Source of the DNA: an uncultured bacterium
GTDB lineage: Bacteria; B130-G9
Assembly: GCA_965372715.1 (NCBI GenBank)
Contig: CBDVDH010000011.1
Location: forward strand, 1 to 64,000
Reading direction: 5' to 3'
DNA length: 64,000 bases
Positions 1-10,450 of this stretch are shown here, piece by piece. A program made the position numbers and the translations under genes. The notes beneath the pieces were generated by a model, which did no database searches, was not told where the DNA came from, and saw only the letters and a program-made list of their open reading frames with translations. Every line of letters begins with the position of its first letter. Positions within the stretch are counted from its first letter, which is position 1.

Positions 1-2620
1 GTGTAGAACTCGTATGTCCCATCGCCGTCCGTCGGCGCGAAATCGATACTGCCGGAGGTCCCAGTCTCGAATAGGCCGCCGTCTATCCAGCCCTGGTCCT
101 CGTAGTTGTACCAGAGCGCGACCTCAGCGACTCCTGACGACGGACTGTCACTGGCCGTGAAATCAATGACAATTGGTGTGGCGTTCGCGAATTGCGGGCT
201 CGTGCATGATGACTGAGGCGCGGTCGTGTCGTATCCGGTGGAATCGTCGGCTGTTCCCGGCGCTGCCTCGACATTGCCAGCGTTGTCGGTCGCTATCGTG
301 TAGAACTCGTATGTCCCATCGCCGTCCGTCGGCGCGAAATCGATACTGCCGGAGGTCCCGGACTCGAAAAGACTGCTGTCTGTCCAGCCTTGCTCCTCGT
401 AGTTGTACCAGAGCGCGACGGAGGCGATGCCTGAGACAGCGTCACTTGCCGCGAAGATCACAACGATCGGCGAGGAGTTCGCATACATCATGCTTGAGCA
501 GGAAGAAACCGGGGCAACTGTGTCATAGACTGTAGAGTCGTCCGCGGCCCCGGGTGCTGACTCTTCGTTGCCGGCGTTATCTATGGCTATCGTATAGAAC
601 TCGTAGGTCCCATCGCCGTCCGTCGGCGCGAAATCGATACTGCCGGCGGTCCCAGTCTCGAATAGGCCGCTGTCGAACCAGTTTCCTCCGTCGTAGCTAT
701 ACCAAAGTGCAACCGAGTTGATGCCTGACAGGCTATCACTCGCCGTGAAGTTCACGACGATGGGCGGGGAATTCGCATACGTCGGGCTCGTACAGGATGA
801 TTGAGGCGCGGTCGTGTCGTATCCAGTGGAGTCATCCGCTGTCCCAGGCGCCTCCTCGACGTTCCCCGCGTTGTCATTAGCGATCGTGTAGAACTCGTAT
901 GTGCCATCGCCATCGCCCGGCGCGAAGTCGAAGCTTCCTGAGGTTCCGCTTTCGGAGAGTTCGCTGTCCGTCCAGCCCTGGCCGGGATAGTAATACCAAA
1001 GTGTAACCGAGTTGATGCCTGACAGGCTGTCGCTCGCCGTGAAGTTCACGACGATCAGCGATGAGTTCGCATAAGTTGGGCTGGTGCAGCTGGAAGAGGG
1101 ATTCGTTATGTCATAGATGGTTGAATCGTCTCCGCTGCCTGATGGCCCTGCTTCCGTGTTCCCGGCGTTGTCCTGCGCTATCGTCTGGAAGTAATAGGCG
1201 CCCTCACCGGATGGTGCGTTGAAGTCGAACGTCCCTGAAGAAGAGCCGGTCCTTAAGTCATAGTATATCCATGAGCCGCCGGCACCAAGCTTGTAATGGA
1301 GTTCTGTGGTTTTTAGGCCACTTCCCCCCGTATCGGAGGCTGTGAAGCTCACGGTGATGACCGGCTGGGTGCTGTATTGAGGGCTGCTGCAACTTGAGGA
1401 GGGGGCCGTTGCATCATAGACAGTTGAATCGTCCCCATCGCCTGAAGGCCCCGACTCTTGATTGCCCGCATTGTCCTCCGCGACAGTCTGGAAGTAATAG
1501 GTGCCCTCGCCATCAGACGGCACAAAATTAAACGATCCGCTCGCACCGGATTCGTTCGCATAATAGGTCCAAGAACCGCCCGAGCCATACTTATAGTGAA
1601 GCTCCGTCTGGTCGAGCCCACTCCCTCCGGTGTCTGATGCATTGAAGTCCACAGTGATGTTTGAACTGCTGGTGAAGGAGGGGCTGGTGCAGCTGGAAGA
1701 GGGATTCGTTATGTCATAGATGGTTGAATCGTCTCCGCTGCCTGATGGCCCTGCTTCCGTGTTGCCCGCGTTGTCTTCAGCTATCGTCTGGAAGTAGTAT
1801 GTCCCCTCGCCATCAGAGGCTGTGAAGCCGAATGTCCCGCTCGCGCCAGTCTTGTCTCCGTGATATGTCCACGAACCCGACTCATACTTGTAATGCAAAT
1901 TCGTCCGGCAAAGCCCGCTGCCTCCGGTGTCTGATGCATTGAAGTCCACAGTGATGTTTGAACTGGTGGTGAAGGGCGGGCTGCTGCAGCTTGAGGAGGG
2001 GGCGGTTCCATCATAGACAGTCGAGTCATCTCCATCGCCTGACGGGCCAGCCTCCGTGTTCCCGGCGTTGTCCTGCGCTATCGTCTGAAAGTAATAGGCG
2101 CCCTCGCCATCCGTCGCTGTGAACTCGAAACCAGCGGCTGTGAAGCCAGAATCGACGCTGTGCGTATCATCGGATTGCCCGGTGTCGGTCCATGTGCCCC
2201 ATGGCCCGAACTTATACCATAGCGCGACTGAGGCCAGTCCAGAGCCTCCTGTATCGGAAGCCGAATAGCTGACCGAAATCTCGGGCGAGGTTGAATATGT
2301 CGGCGAGGCGCACTGGCTGGTTGGGGGGATCTCGTCAAGTAACGTGCAGCTGTCGCCATCGCCCGAGGGCCCTGCCTCGACATTGCCGGCGTTGTCTCGC
2401 GCCACCGTCTGGAAGCAATAGGTACCGGGGCCGTCCTCTGGCCAGAACGCGAACGAACCAGTCTCACCACAGCTGATCATTCCGGCAGTGGCCCAGTCAC
2501 CCGAATCAAACTTATACCATAGGTTCACCCAGCGAAGGCCGGACCCACCAGTATCCGACGCCTCGTATGTAATCGTTATGATCGGAGGGTCATCGAAATC
2601 CGGCGAGTCGCACGTGCTTT
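1..2620 (-). repeat. Intragenic tandem repeats of ~294-330 bp (at least 8 units)
   Basis: TAGAACTCGTA... recurs at 4, 301, 595 and 889. Blocks at ~1081-1160 and ~1684-1763 are near-identical, as are blocks near 1381 and 1981. Confidence 0.9.
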
Positions 2621-4835
2621 GAGGCGCGGTCGCATCAGGGTCATAGTGGCAGCCCATATCGACGGTTCCGCTATCAGTCGTCCCGTCGGTTCTTGTTGTG
2701 AGGGCATCCAGGCCCAGGTTGGCGGCCGTGTCGCTGCCGGCGTCAATGCAGGGGCTGTTCGCGCCCTGGCCGGCCGCGATGCAGGAGAGATAGTAATCTG
2801 CGTGCGGCCCCGTCACGAACAGTGGATCATCGGTGATATTGCAGCCTCCTCCAGTCCAGTCCTGAATGCAGCAGTAGTTGGGTGTCGAGCCGCTGTGTAT
2901 TTGGGTGGTCGCATTACCCCAAATGACACAGTCGGTGACAGTTCCGCTACAGCAAAACAGCCCACCTCCTGAGCTTCCGCCCAAATTGTCGGTGATTGTG
3001 CAGGATGAGATCACCCCATCGCAGTACGTTAGTCCGGCGCCATAGGTATCGGCCGAGTTGCCGCTGATAGTGCATCCGTGAATAGTCCCATCGCAGTAAC
3101 CCAGTCCGCCGCCCTGGCTTGCCGAGTTGTCAGTGATTGTGCAGGTCGAGACAGTCCCGCCGCAGGTAAACAGTCCGCCGCCGTAAGTGCCTGCTGAGTT
3201 GCCGCTGATCGTGCATCCACGAATAGTCGCAGCGCAATAGCTCAATCCGCCGCCGGATTCGGTCGCCGTGTTGTGGGTTATCTCGCAATCCTGGATAGTT
3301 CCGTCGCAGTTGTGAAGCCCGGCCGCGCCCAGGGCTGTGTTGCGAGTGATCGTGCAGCTAGCGATGGTCCCATCGCAATCGCTGAATCCGCCGCCAGAGC
3401 TTTCGGCTGAGTTGTCAATTACTACGCAACAACTGATGTCTCCCGAACAGTTGCATAACCCGCCGCCATGGATGCTGGCGGAGTTGTTGCTGATCGTGCA
3501 GGTCGAGACAGTCCCGTGACACTGATGCAGCCCGCCGCCATAGCTACCGGCTGAGTTGCCGCTGATCGTGCATCCGTGAATAGTCCCATCGCAGTAACCC
3601 AGTCCGCCGCCGTATTGGGTCGCCGTGTTGTGGGTTATCTCGCAGGCCTGGATAGTTCCGTTGCAGCTGTAAAGCCCGGCCCCGTACGTGGCTGTGTTGC
3701 CAGTGATCAGGCAGCTAGCGATGGTTCCGTGGCAATCCCTGAATCCGCCGCCATAGCTACCGGCCGAGTTGTCAATTATTACGCAACAACTGATGTCTCC
3801 CGAACAGTTGTATAACCCGCCGCCAAAGTATTCTGCTGAGTTGCCGCTGATCGTGCAGTTGGTTATTGTGCCAGAGTGCCAGCCCAGGCCGCCGCCTAAG
3901 TCTCCCGAGTTGCCGCTGATCGTGCAGTCCTGAATAGCCGCATCGCAGTAATGCAGGCCGCCACCATTCAGAATGGCTGTGTTGGTACTGATCGTGCAGC
4001 CATAGATAGTCCCATCGCAGTAAGCCAGTCCCCCGGCATAGTTCCCTGAGTTGCCGCTGATCGTGCATCCGTGAATAGTCCCAGCGCAATCATACAGTCC
4101 GCCGCCATATTCGGATGCGGAATTGCTGCTTATCGTGCAGCTTACGATAGTCCCGTCACAGCCATACAGTCCGCCGCCATTCAAAATGGCTGTATTGGTA
4201 CTGATCGTGCAGCCATAGATAGTGCCATCGCAGGACATCAGTCCGCCGCCGGTGTTTCCCGAGTTGCCGCTGATCGTGCAATAGGAAATGGCCCCGTGGC
4301 ACGAATTCAGCCCGCCGCCGGACGAGTCTGCCGAGTTGCCGCTGATCGTGCAATAGGAAATGGCCCCGTGGCACGAAGCCAGCCCGCCGCCGGACGAGTC
4401 TGCCGAGTTGCCGGTGATGACGCAGCGGCTAATGGACGCCATAGAATTCGCGCTCCCATATATCCCGGCGCCGTAGGCGAACGAACCGTTCGTGATCGTG
4501 AAACCGGAAAGCTCACAGGTCTCGTCCTCCGCGCCCGCGAACCTAACGACCGAACCGGCGGCGCCGCCGTCGATGATCGTCGAATCGACGACATCCGGGT
4601 CCTCGGGGTCCTCAGAACGCAAGATGATATTTTTATTGCCGAAGTGGATGTTCTCGTAATAGGTCCCCGGATGGACGACTATTGTGTCGGCATCGACAAC
4701 GCCATCAATCGCGTCCTGAATCGTGGCGAAGTCGCCCGACCCGTCCTCATAGACGTGATACTCCGCCGCCTGAACAGTCAAAACCGACGCGAACAGAACG
4801 ACAACAACCGCCAAAAGCGTAGAAAATTGCCTCAT
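1..4835 (-). CDS. Very large secreted protein (>1600 aa, C-terminus outside the window): signal peptide, right-handed beta-helix repeats, then tandem ~100-aa Ig-like repeats
   Basis: Absent from the ORF track because it has no stop in the window. ATG at 4835 with GGAGG upstream reads MRQFSTLLAVVVVLFASVLTVQAAEYHVYEDGSGDFATIQDAID...VHPGTYYENI. Repeats of ~23-24 aa (GGGLxxCxGxIxxCTISGNS). The same frame gives DMGCHYD at 2660 and TSGSIDFAPTDGDGTYEFY at 59. Confidence 0.9.
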   Translation of the reverse strand, partial: MRQFSTLLAVVVVLFASVLTVQAAEYHVYEDGSGDFATIQDAIDGVVDADTIVVHPGTYYENIHFGNKNIILRSEDPEDPDVVDSTIIDGGAAGSVVRFAGAEDETCELSGFTITNGSFAYGAGIYGSANSMASISRCVITGNSADSSGGGLASCHGAISYCTISGNSADSSGGGLNSCHGAISYCTISGNSGNTGGGLMSCDGTIYGCTISTNTAILNGGGLYGCDGTIVSCTISSNSASEYGGGLYDCAGTIHGCTISGNSGNYAGGLAYCDGTIYGCTISTNTAILNGGGLHYCDAAIQDCTISGNSGDLGGGLGWHSGTITNCTISGNSAEYFGGGLYNCSGDISCCVIIDNSAGSYGGGFRDCHGTIASCLITGNTATYGAGLYSCNGTIQACEITHNTATQYGGGLGYCDGTIHGCTISGNSAGSYGGGLHQCHGTVSTCTISNNSASIHGGGLCNCSGDISCCVVIDNSAESSGGGFSDCDGTIASCTITRNTALGAAGLHNCDGTIQDCEITHNTATESGGGLSYCAATIRGCTISGNSAGTYGGGLFTCGGTVSTCTITDNSASQGGGLGYCDGTIHGCTISGNSADTYGAGLTYCDGVISSCTITDNLGGSSGGGLFCCSGTVTDCVIWGNATTQIHSGSTPNYCCIQDWTGGGCNITDDPLFVTGPHADYYLSCIAAGQGANSPCIDAGSDTAANLGLDALTTRTDGTTDSGTVDMGCHYDPDATAPQSTCDSPDFDDPPIITITYEASDTGGSGLRWVNLWYKFDSGDWATAGMISCGETGSFAFWPEDGPGTYCFQTVARDNAGNVEAGPSGDGDSCTLLDEIPPTSQCASPTYSTSPEISVSYSASDTGGSGLASVALWYKFGPWGTWTDTGQSDDTHSVDSGFTAAGFEFTATDGEGAYYFQTIAQDNAGNTEAGPSGDGDDSTVYDGTAPSSSCSSPPFTTSSNITVDFNASDTGGSGLCRTNLHYKYESGSWTYHGDKTGASGTFGFTASDGEGTYYFQTIAEDNAGNTEAGPSGSGDDSTIYDITNPSSSCTSPSFTSSSNITVDFNASDTGGSGLDQTELHYKYGSGGSWTYYANESGASGSFNFVPSDGEGTYYFQTVAEDNAGNQESGPSGDGDDSTVYDATAPSSSCSSPQYSTQPVITVSFTASDTGGSGLKTTELHYKLGAGGSWIYYDLRTGSSSGTFDFNAPSGEGAYYFQTIAQDNAGNTEAGPSGSGDDSTIYDITNPSSSCTSPTYANSSLIVVNFTASDSLSGINSVTLWYYYPGQGWTDSELSESGTSGSFDFAPGDGDGTYEFYTIANDNAGNVEEAPGTADDSTGYDTTAPQSSCTSPTYANSPPIVVNFTASDSLSGINSVALWYSYDGGNWFDSGLFETGTAGSIDFAPTDGDGTYEFYTIAIDNAGNEESAPGAADDSTVYDTVAPVSSCSSMMYANSSPIVVIFAASDAVSGIASVALWYNYEEQGWTDSSLFESGTSGSIDFAPTDGDGTYEFYTIATDNAGNVEAAPGTADDSTGYDTTAPQSSCTSPQFANATPIVIDFTASDSPSSGVAEVALWYNYEDQGWIDGGLFETGTSGSIDFAPTDGDGTYEFY

Positions 4836-5009
4836 TCTCTTGCCCTCCAAAGCAAATCTCGTTTACAGGATGCTTGGGTCCGATGGGCGGGAGAACTCGG
4901 AGTGAGGCGCCCAAACCACACGCGACATGTGCCCGCTCATCAGGCCGTTCATAAAGCTAAAATGGTATCTAGCCACAAGCAGTTCACGATATCAATATCC
5001 CCGAGGAGA

Positions 5010-5250
5010 CCCGAAAAATCAGATTGACCCAAGCGGGGCTTTGGCCCTTTGGAGTGCGTCCGCCGCGCGGCGGATTTCATTGCCGGTGACCTGGCTCCGC
5101 CCTCTGATAAGTCGCTCTTCTGACATTGCGGGGGGCGATCCAGGGAATAGGATGTTGTCAGTCAGAGCCAGTGCCGCGTCAAGCCGCGGCCAGCGAAAGC
5201 GGTGTCAAGCCGCCACCGCACTCCAAAGCACCCAACAGGTGCAGGCGTTC
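5010..5250 (+). repeat. ~240-bp REP-doublet (REPIN-like) element, copy 1
   Basis: TTTGGAGTGCGTCCGCCGCGCGGCGGATTTCA (5048-5079) and AAAGCGGTGTCAAGCC...GCACTCCAAAGCACCC. Both ends are homologous to 33885-34115 in the opposite orientation. Confidence 0.75.
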
Positions 5251-5295
5251 ATACCACGGTAGGATTGGGGCACTCTCTGCTGGGCTGAACCGTGT

Positions 5296-6027
5296 TTACT
5301 TCAGCGCGGACAGTTCGATTATCTTGCCGACGCCGACCTCAATATAGTGGTCACCGAATTCCTCTTTGAAGAGGTTTCGGGCAAGATCGCCAGAGCAGTG
5401 GCACGGCCCAGCCCATTCAACGCCTAGCTCTTTGAGGCGAGCTATAAGCCGTTGTATGGTCTCCTTGCTCGCTCCGCCAAGATGGAAGCCGCCCGTCACC
5501 AGAAATCTCTTTGCTTTTGTGGTCTTCCGGGCGACCGCGACCATTTTCTCGATGCCAGGGTGTGCGCACCCGCTGATGACCGCGGTTACGGAGGGCGTGG
5601 TTATCACAAGCGCCTGCTCAAGTATGAAACCATCGACCTGCCCTGTTGTAAAAATTCCATCGAACACCTCTCTCGCTCCGTCAACCTCAACGATTTTCGC
5701 GCCGAGCGAGGATACCTTTTTCTTGAACCTGGACGGAAACGAGGCGGGCAGATATACCGAGACATTGGGGTTCGTGCCCAAAAAGGCCCACAGACCATCC
5801 GTGTGATCTCCGTGGATATGCGACAGAACCACGACGTCGATCGACTTGGGATCAATATGAAGGGCCTGCATGTTGGAAAGCAGAATCTCGCCATTGCCGC
5901 CCGTGTCGAACAGGATTGTTTTCTCAAGACCGGTTATGACGCAGCCAAATCCCCAATCGGTCTTCAACCCCTTACGGTAGGGGTTATTGTCATAGACTAT
6001 TGTTATCTTAATGTCCCCCGGAACCAT
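5296..6027 (-). CDS. MBL-fold metallo-hydrolase (7,8-dihydropterin-6-yl-methyl-aminobenzene-phosphate synthase-like family)
   Basis: LFDTG, SHIHGDH (HxHxDH), GCAHPG, GGFHL and PCHCSG motifs. Likely start is ATG 6027. Confidence 0.85.
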   Translation of the reverse strand: MVPGDIKITIVYDNNPYRKGLKTDWGFGCVITGLEKTILFDTGGNGEILLSNMQALHIDPKSIDVVVLSHIHGDHTDGLWAFLGTNPNVSVYLPASFPSRFKKKVSSLGAKIVEVDGAREVFDGIFTTGQVDGFILEQALVITTPSVTAVISGCAHPGIEKMVAVARKTTKAKRFLVTGGFHLGGASKETIQRLIARLKELGVEWAGPCHCSGDLARNLFKEEFGDHYIEVGVGKIIELSALK

Positions 6028-6369
6028 TGTCCGTCGCCATACTTCTGATGCCTCCCGGAAAAACCAAACGCCCACCTGCCCCCAATACAACACAGAATAT
6101 AAGAAAGCCGAACAAACATCTGCCTCGCATACCACTTTTATACTAGCCACAAGCTCTCAAAAACTGCAATAGTGGATGCGAGGCTCCTCGTAAGGCGGAA
6201 ACTAGCGAAAAGGGATCAGGCAGCCGTTCATCTGTCGGTTCTGCCAATGCGAGTCTTGAGATATTTAGCGCTAAAGCTTTGCTCGCCGTTGTTCGATAAG
6301 TACATTTTGGACCTGGCAGCGAGACGACGCACCTTATGGCACGGCACCGTGGAGAAATGGGAGTGTGAG

Positions 6370-7407
6370 ATGAGGCGCAGTGGTCTTCTGCTATTTGTGA
6401 CAGTTGTGGTCATCGTGGGTGTGACCGGTTCGGCCTACGCGGCGACTCCGCCCAGTCTCAAGCTTGTGCCCTACAATGGCGGCTTCTTCTCCATCAATAT
6501 CCCCCAAGGCTGGCAGATTATCACGGCTGGCCAGTGCAGCGCGTTCGCTCTCGTCGTTCGCGACCCCAAGAACCCACTTCGGCAGGTTTTCTTCTTCGGC
6601 GAGGTCGGGCCGGTGTATATGAGCGAACGGCAGCGGCAGATAGACAACCAATACATGGCGATGGGTGGATACCCCGTCACATGGATCGACATGCCGGCTG
6701 TGGCGCCCTTTACGCCCGGCAACTTCATTGCCAACTTCGGCAAGATTGCCGCCAGCCGCATTGGCCAGCAGTTCATGCCTCAGGCGCCCAGGCTTGAGCG
6801 TTTTCAGCTCATCAGCGAGACTCCGTTACCTTCGCTGGTTTCGGGCGGCCAGGCGGCTTTGGTTCGCGGGCTGTTTCTAAAAGATGGCAGGGTCGGACAG
6901 GGACAGTTCGTTCTCACGGTCGGCACCTCGTTACCGATGATGGGCGGGCCCGGCGTAGGGATCGCGCACGGCTTCTTGGTCGCGGGCATAACGGCGCCCA
7001 AGCGTGAATTCGCGGCCATACAGGGGATTCTCACCAAGTCGTTCGAGAGCTTCAACCTCTCACAGAGCTATGTCCAGAATTGCCTCCAGCAGCAAGCCCA
7101 GGCTTGGGATGGCGTCCGAAAGGCGGGACAGACGCTGCGCGAGTCGTCAGATATCCTGATGAAAGGCTGGACGGAGCGAAATAAGACATACGACATCATC
7201 GCTGAAAAGCGGTCGGACGCTATGCTGGGCAAGGAGCGCCTCTACAACCCGAGCACCGGCGAGGTCTATGAGTTTGAGAACGGCTTTTTTGACAAGTACA
7301 ACCTACACCGCCAGCGCTATGAGATGAGCAACCTTCAGCTGTTACCGGGCGACAGCTACGAGCTTTGGATGCAGGCCGCCAAGGATGGCCAGCAGCACCT
7401 GCATTAG
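6370..7407 (+). CDS. Secreted hypothetical protein
   Basis: Signal peptide MRRSGLLLFVTVVVIVGVTGSAYA followed by a long open frame. Confidence 0.7.
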   Translation: MRRSGLLLFVTVVVIVGVTGSAYAATPPSLKLVPYNGGFFSINIPQGWQIITAGQCSAFALVVRDPKNPLRQVFFFGEVGPVYMSERQRQIDNQYMAMGGYPVTWIDMPAVAPFTPGNFIANFGKIAASRIGQQFMPQAPRLERFQLISETPLPSLVSGGQAALVRGLFLKDGRVGQGQFVLTVGTSLPMMGGPGVGIAHGFLVAGITAPKREFAAIQGILTKSFESFNLSQSYVQNCLQQQAQAWDGVRKAGQTLRESSDILMKGWTERNKTYDIIAEKRSDAMLGKERLYNPSTGEVYEFENGFFDKYNLHRQRYEMSNLQLLPGDSYELWMQAAKDGQQHLH

Positions 7408-8302
7408 CAGCTAGCCTAGCCGGGGGCAAAGGCCGCGATCCACACGACCAAGAATAACGTAATCGCAGCAGCTACTGCGAGCACCACCTCAAGACTGAGC
7501 CTCATACACCATCTCCCTGCTTAATCAGAGCTCCCCATCGGCGCAACCTGCCGCCGGGTGTGTCCTCGAATTTCTGTCCTAAAAACTGCGAGAATCTCGC
7601 CGGGTTCCTTCCCTCACTTCTTGAGCTCAGGTTGTCAGACAGCAGCTCGCCGAACTCGTTACTACTGCATAACCTTCCACTGCTATACTTTGCCGAAAAA
7701 GCCGCCTTTCGTCAAGGTGCGGAAGAGCTCCAGATGACAGGAATAAATGGGCAATGTTCAAGACATTCTGCCGGAAGAGAATGGTTCCCAGCCGACTTGA
7801 TGACAGTCAGGCAATCCGTTGGCTCAGAGCGAGGTCAGGGTGATTTGTGGAGGAAGTTGCCAGAGGGGCGTGCCAATGTCTCCAGGGTCAGACCGGCCGG
7901 GCGTGTGAATGTCCTCAATAACGTACCTTATTCGTCTTATTTCACTATGAAGCGGCGATTCAGCATTTGCTGAATCTGTGCATTATAATGAATCTCACCG
8001 GCGCGTAGCGCCTTTGATGATTCCGCGAACTAGAACTCATTAAACGCAGAACGCTGAGGTCTCATATTATGCTCAGCTTCGAGAGAAGGTAGTTCACGCG
8101 CTCGTAGGCATCGCGCTGAAGCATTTCGCGCTCCTCTCCTACAGCCTCCTCAAGTTGCGGAAAGCCGACGATTCGTCCGTGGGGGGCACCGGCCGGTCAA
8201 AGGACGATGTGCTCGGACGTCGGGTGGACCAGTGGTACGCAGGCGTGAGATGTTCGGTCACGCAATTCAAGGGTCATTGACATGGCTATTTCCAATGTTG
8301 GG

Positions 8303-8361
8303 CTCGAACCGCGAGCATCAGCCGCGCCGTCCTCGGCGTCGGCTGGAAGGCATTGTTGGGC
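8303..8361 (-). other. Integron attC site (59 bp)
   Basis: Minus strand GCCCAAC-aatgccttcCAGCCGacgccgaggacggcgCGGCTGatgctcgcg-GTTCGAG: RYYYAAC inverse core, paired L boxes and a GTT core. GCCCAAC is the reverse complement of the cassette's 5' core GTTGGGC (9995-9989). Confidence 0.8.
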
Positions 8362-9196
8362 ATTCGTATTCAGCTTCTTTCTCTAACAATAGCATCTGTT
8401 TGCTGGATAGGCCACCCATCCCCTCGCGCGGAAGATCCTTGGGGATCCTATTGACTCTTGGGTCCACAGAATCGAACCCCCCAAATGGTCTTGCCATCCG
8501 CCTGCGTGCCAATTCCACATATTCTGGGTTAAGTTCGATTCCTATGCAGCGTCTGTTCAGAACTTGGCACACTCGCAGCGTGGTACCGCTGCCGAAAAAG
8601 GGATCCAGGATAAGGTCGCCCTCGCCGGAGGACGCAAGCACCATCCGCGCGACCAATGCTTCGGGCTTTTGAGTTGGGTGGTCCTCCCTTTCTGGATTCG
8701 AGTAGTGAACGTGCGAAAATGTCCATACGTCGCCAGGATTTGCGCCAGCCATATTGTTTCGATCCCGGTAATACTTCTGCGGAACCCGGACAGCATCCAG
8801 GTTAAACTTGAAGTCGTCTGTCTTGGCAAACATGAGAATGTCGTCGTGGCGGGGAGAAAACCCCCGTGTTCTTCCCATGCCTTGCGTGTAATGCCACGTT
8901 ATCCAACTATTGAAGTACATCCCCAATCGTTGATCCAGAATGTCGTACAGGTACGAGATGAACCTGAACCCCATGAATACGTAAATGGTGCCGCGAGGAG
9001 CAAGTATGCGGCACGACTCCTGCAACCATGTCTTAGAGAACTGAAGATACTCCCGGAACCCCTTGATGTCGTGGTTATTGCCGTAGTTTTTTCCCAGGTT
9101 GTAGGGAGGGTCGGCGATGATAAGATCAACCGACTCCGAGTCTATCATTCTCAGTAGTTTGAGAGCGTCGCCAGTCTTTATCTGGATGTCACTCAT
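8318..9196 (-). CDS. Site-specific DNA methyltransferase, N4/N6 beta class
   Basis: ADPPY precedes HPTQKP and LDPFFGSGTT. ATG 9196 overlaps the REase stop. The stop codon lies inside attC. Confidence 0.92.
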   Translation of the reverse strand: MSDIQIKTGDALKLLRMIDSESVDLIIADPPYNLGKNYGNNHDIKGFREYLQFSKTWLQESCRILAPRGTIYVFMGFRFISYLYDILDQRLGMYFNSWITWHYTQGMGRTRGFSPRHDDILMFAKTDDFKFNLDAVRVPQKYYRDRNNMAGANPGDVWTFSHVHYSNPEREDHPTQKPEALVARMVLASSGEGDLILDPFFGSGTTLRVCQVLNRRCIGIELNPEYVELARRRMARPFGGFDSVDPRVNRIPKDLPREGMGGLSSKQMLLLEKEAEYECPTMPSSRRRGRRG

Positions 9197-9965
9197 CGGT
9201 CTTGATCCAATCATACGTTTTGGCCAGCTCAAGCCATTCAGCAAAGCCTTTCTTGGAGCGGATGAACTTCCTGTCAAGAAGCTGACAGAACTCCCATGTT
9301 GTTCGTTTGGTCGAGGTCACATAGTGAATGTCCCTCACCTGTAGCTGGCCGCTACCGAGGGCAGGATTGTAGCTGATGTCGGCGCTGGACAGGTACTTCA
9401 GATCGTATGCGTTGTAGGCCACCACTTCCATAATGCCGTCCATCAAGCCTGTTGTGCCGTTCTTCGTGGAGTACACCTTATGCTTCAAGGAGAGAATGAT
9501 GAAGATGTAGTCGGGGTCCTCGACGTATGCAGTTCTGACCCTCTTAAATGCAGTGATATTGGGAGATTTCCCACTCGATTTAATGTCTTCTGCAGTAGCC
9601 TTGACATCCACCTCTGCGGTAATCCCGCTTTCGGTTTTTCGCTGTCTCTTGAACTGCAGAATCACGTCCGCCATGTAGAGTCGCTCTTTTGTCTCTACGT
9701 TGATGAGGGAATACCGGTTGTTCTTATCCTCAAGGACGTCTTGAAAGATCTCGACGGCCCAAGCCTCGACGAATGGCCCGGCAATCTTATTGATGTTCTC
9801 CATCGGTAGGCCGAGCTTCAGATTCGTATTGATCACGATTCTGTTCCTCCCGGCCTCAATGGCCTCTTTCATGATTCCCTCGATTGAGGCCGTGACAAAC
9901 GCGGAGCACTCCTCGTAGTCTTCGCACTGCTCGGGTATCTTGAACGTAATGTCTTCGTACTTCAC
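9189..9965 (-). CDS. Putative type II restriction endonuclease (PD-(D/E)xK fold)
   Basis: FVEAW...ADVIL...EVDVK catalytic-like pattern. Overlaps the MTase gene and is lower in GC than its neighbours. Confidence 0.7.
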   Translation of the reverse strand: MKYEDITFKIPEQCEDYEECSAFVTASIEGIMKEAIEAGRNRIVINTNLKLGLPMENINKIAGPFVEAWAVEIFQDVLEDKNNRYSLINVETKERLYMADVILQFKRQRKTESGITAEVDVKATAEDIKSSGKSPNITAFKRVRTAYVEDPDYIFIILSLKHKVYSTKNGTTGLMDGIMEVVAYNAYDLKYLSSADISYNPALGSGQLQVRDIHYVTSTKRTTWEFCQLLDRKFIRSKKGFAEWLELAKTYDWIKTDE

Positions 9966-9988
9966 TTGTCAAGTCGCCTTTGTTTTAT

Positions 9989-10145
9989 GCCCAACAGATT
10001 GATCCGCATAACATGCGGAATTTTGGTTTCCGGCCCGCATAACACACCATTGGAGCGAGTGCCAAAGACGCGCTATGCCCTTTATGTTCATTTGGTTGCG
10101 CCATGTCTCGCGGTTTATTATGACATCTTATGCGGATCGGCATAA
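9989..10145 (-). other. Putative attI region of an inverted-type integron
   Basis: Core GTTGGGC (9995-9989). GATCCGCATAA (10001-10011) and TTATGCGGATC (10128-10138) form a perfect inverted repeat, with another CCGCATAAC at 10035-10043. Lies directly 3' of the intI remnant. Confidence 0.6.
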
Positions 10146-10163
10146 AAACCTCCCGAAGTTACT

Positions 10164-10262
10164 TCAGAGCCCGTCCACCGGACTGCGAACGCCCGACGGG
10201 CCGCGGTTGAGGACATGGGTATACATCATCGTCGTTTTAACATCCTTCTCCTGCCGCTTCAT
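10164..10262 (-). pseudogene. intI: Integron integrase C-terminal remnant fused in frame to a probable hicA start
   Basis: Translates as [32 protein letters not shown]. [15 protein letters not shown]..GVRSP.D is the typical IntI C-terminus, including the catalytic Tyr. Confidence 0.8.
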
Positions 10263-10450
10263 ATAGCGATTTGTTTCACATCATGCTTCTCGGGTACGTC
10301 CTCCATCGCCATTGACAGGTACGCATCCTTGATATTCTCCTCCAATTCCTCGACGGTTTCTCCTTGCGTCATAATCTCCGGATGCTCGAGCAGTTTGCCA
10401 AGCCAGAATCTGCCCTCCTTCCAGTAAATCATAGTCATTTTCGTGTCCAC
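10259..10450 (-). CDS. hicB: HicB-family antitoxin (orphan)
   Basis: 63 aa with [24 protein letters not shown] before the GTG start. Confidence 0.8.
   Translation of the reverse strand: MDTKMTMIYWKEGRFWLGKLLEHPEIMTQGETVEELEENIKDAYLSMAMEDVPEKHDVKQIAI

Noticed and set aside
4071-5027. 318-aa + strand ORF (also 11445-12299, 24237-25016, 29788-30600, 52136-52858, 53021-53788)
   Set aside because: Antisense or off-frame shadows of well-supported genes in GC-rich DNA.
7560-7973. 137-aa ORF
   Set aside because: No RBS or recognisable motif, and the composition looks non-coding.
7980-8300. Additional integron cassette and attC downstream of the RM cassette
   Set aside because: Only vague attC-like words, with no matching core/inverse-core pair and no convincing ORF.
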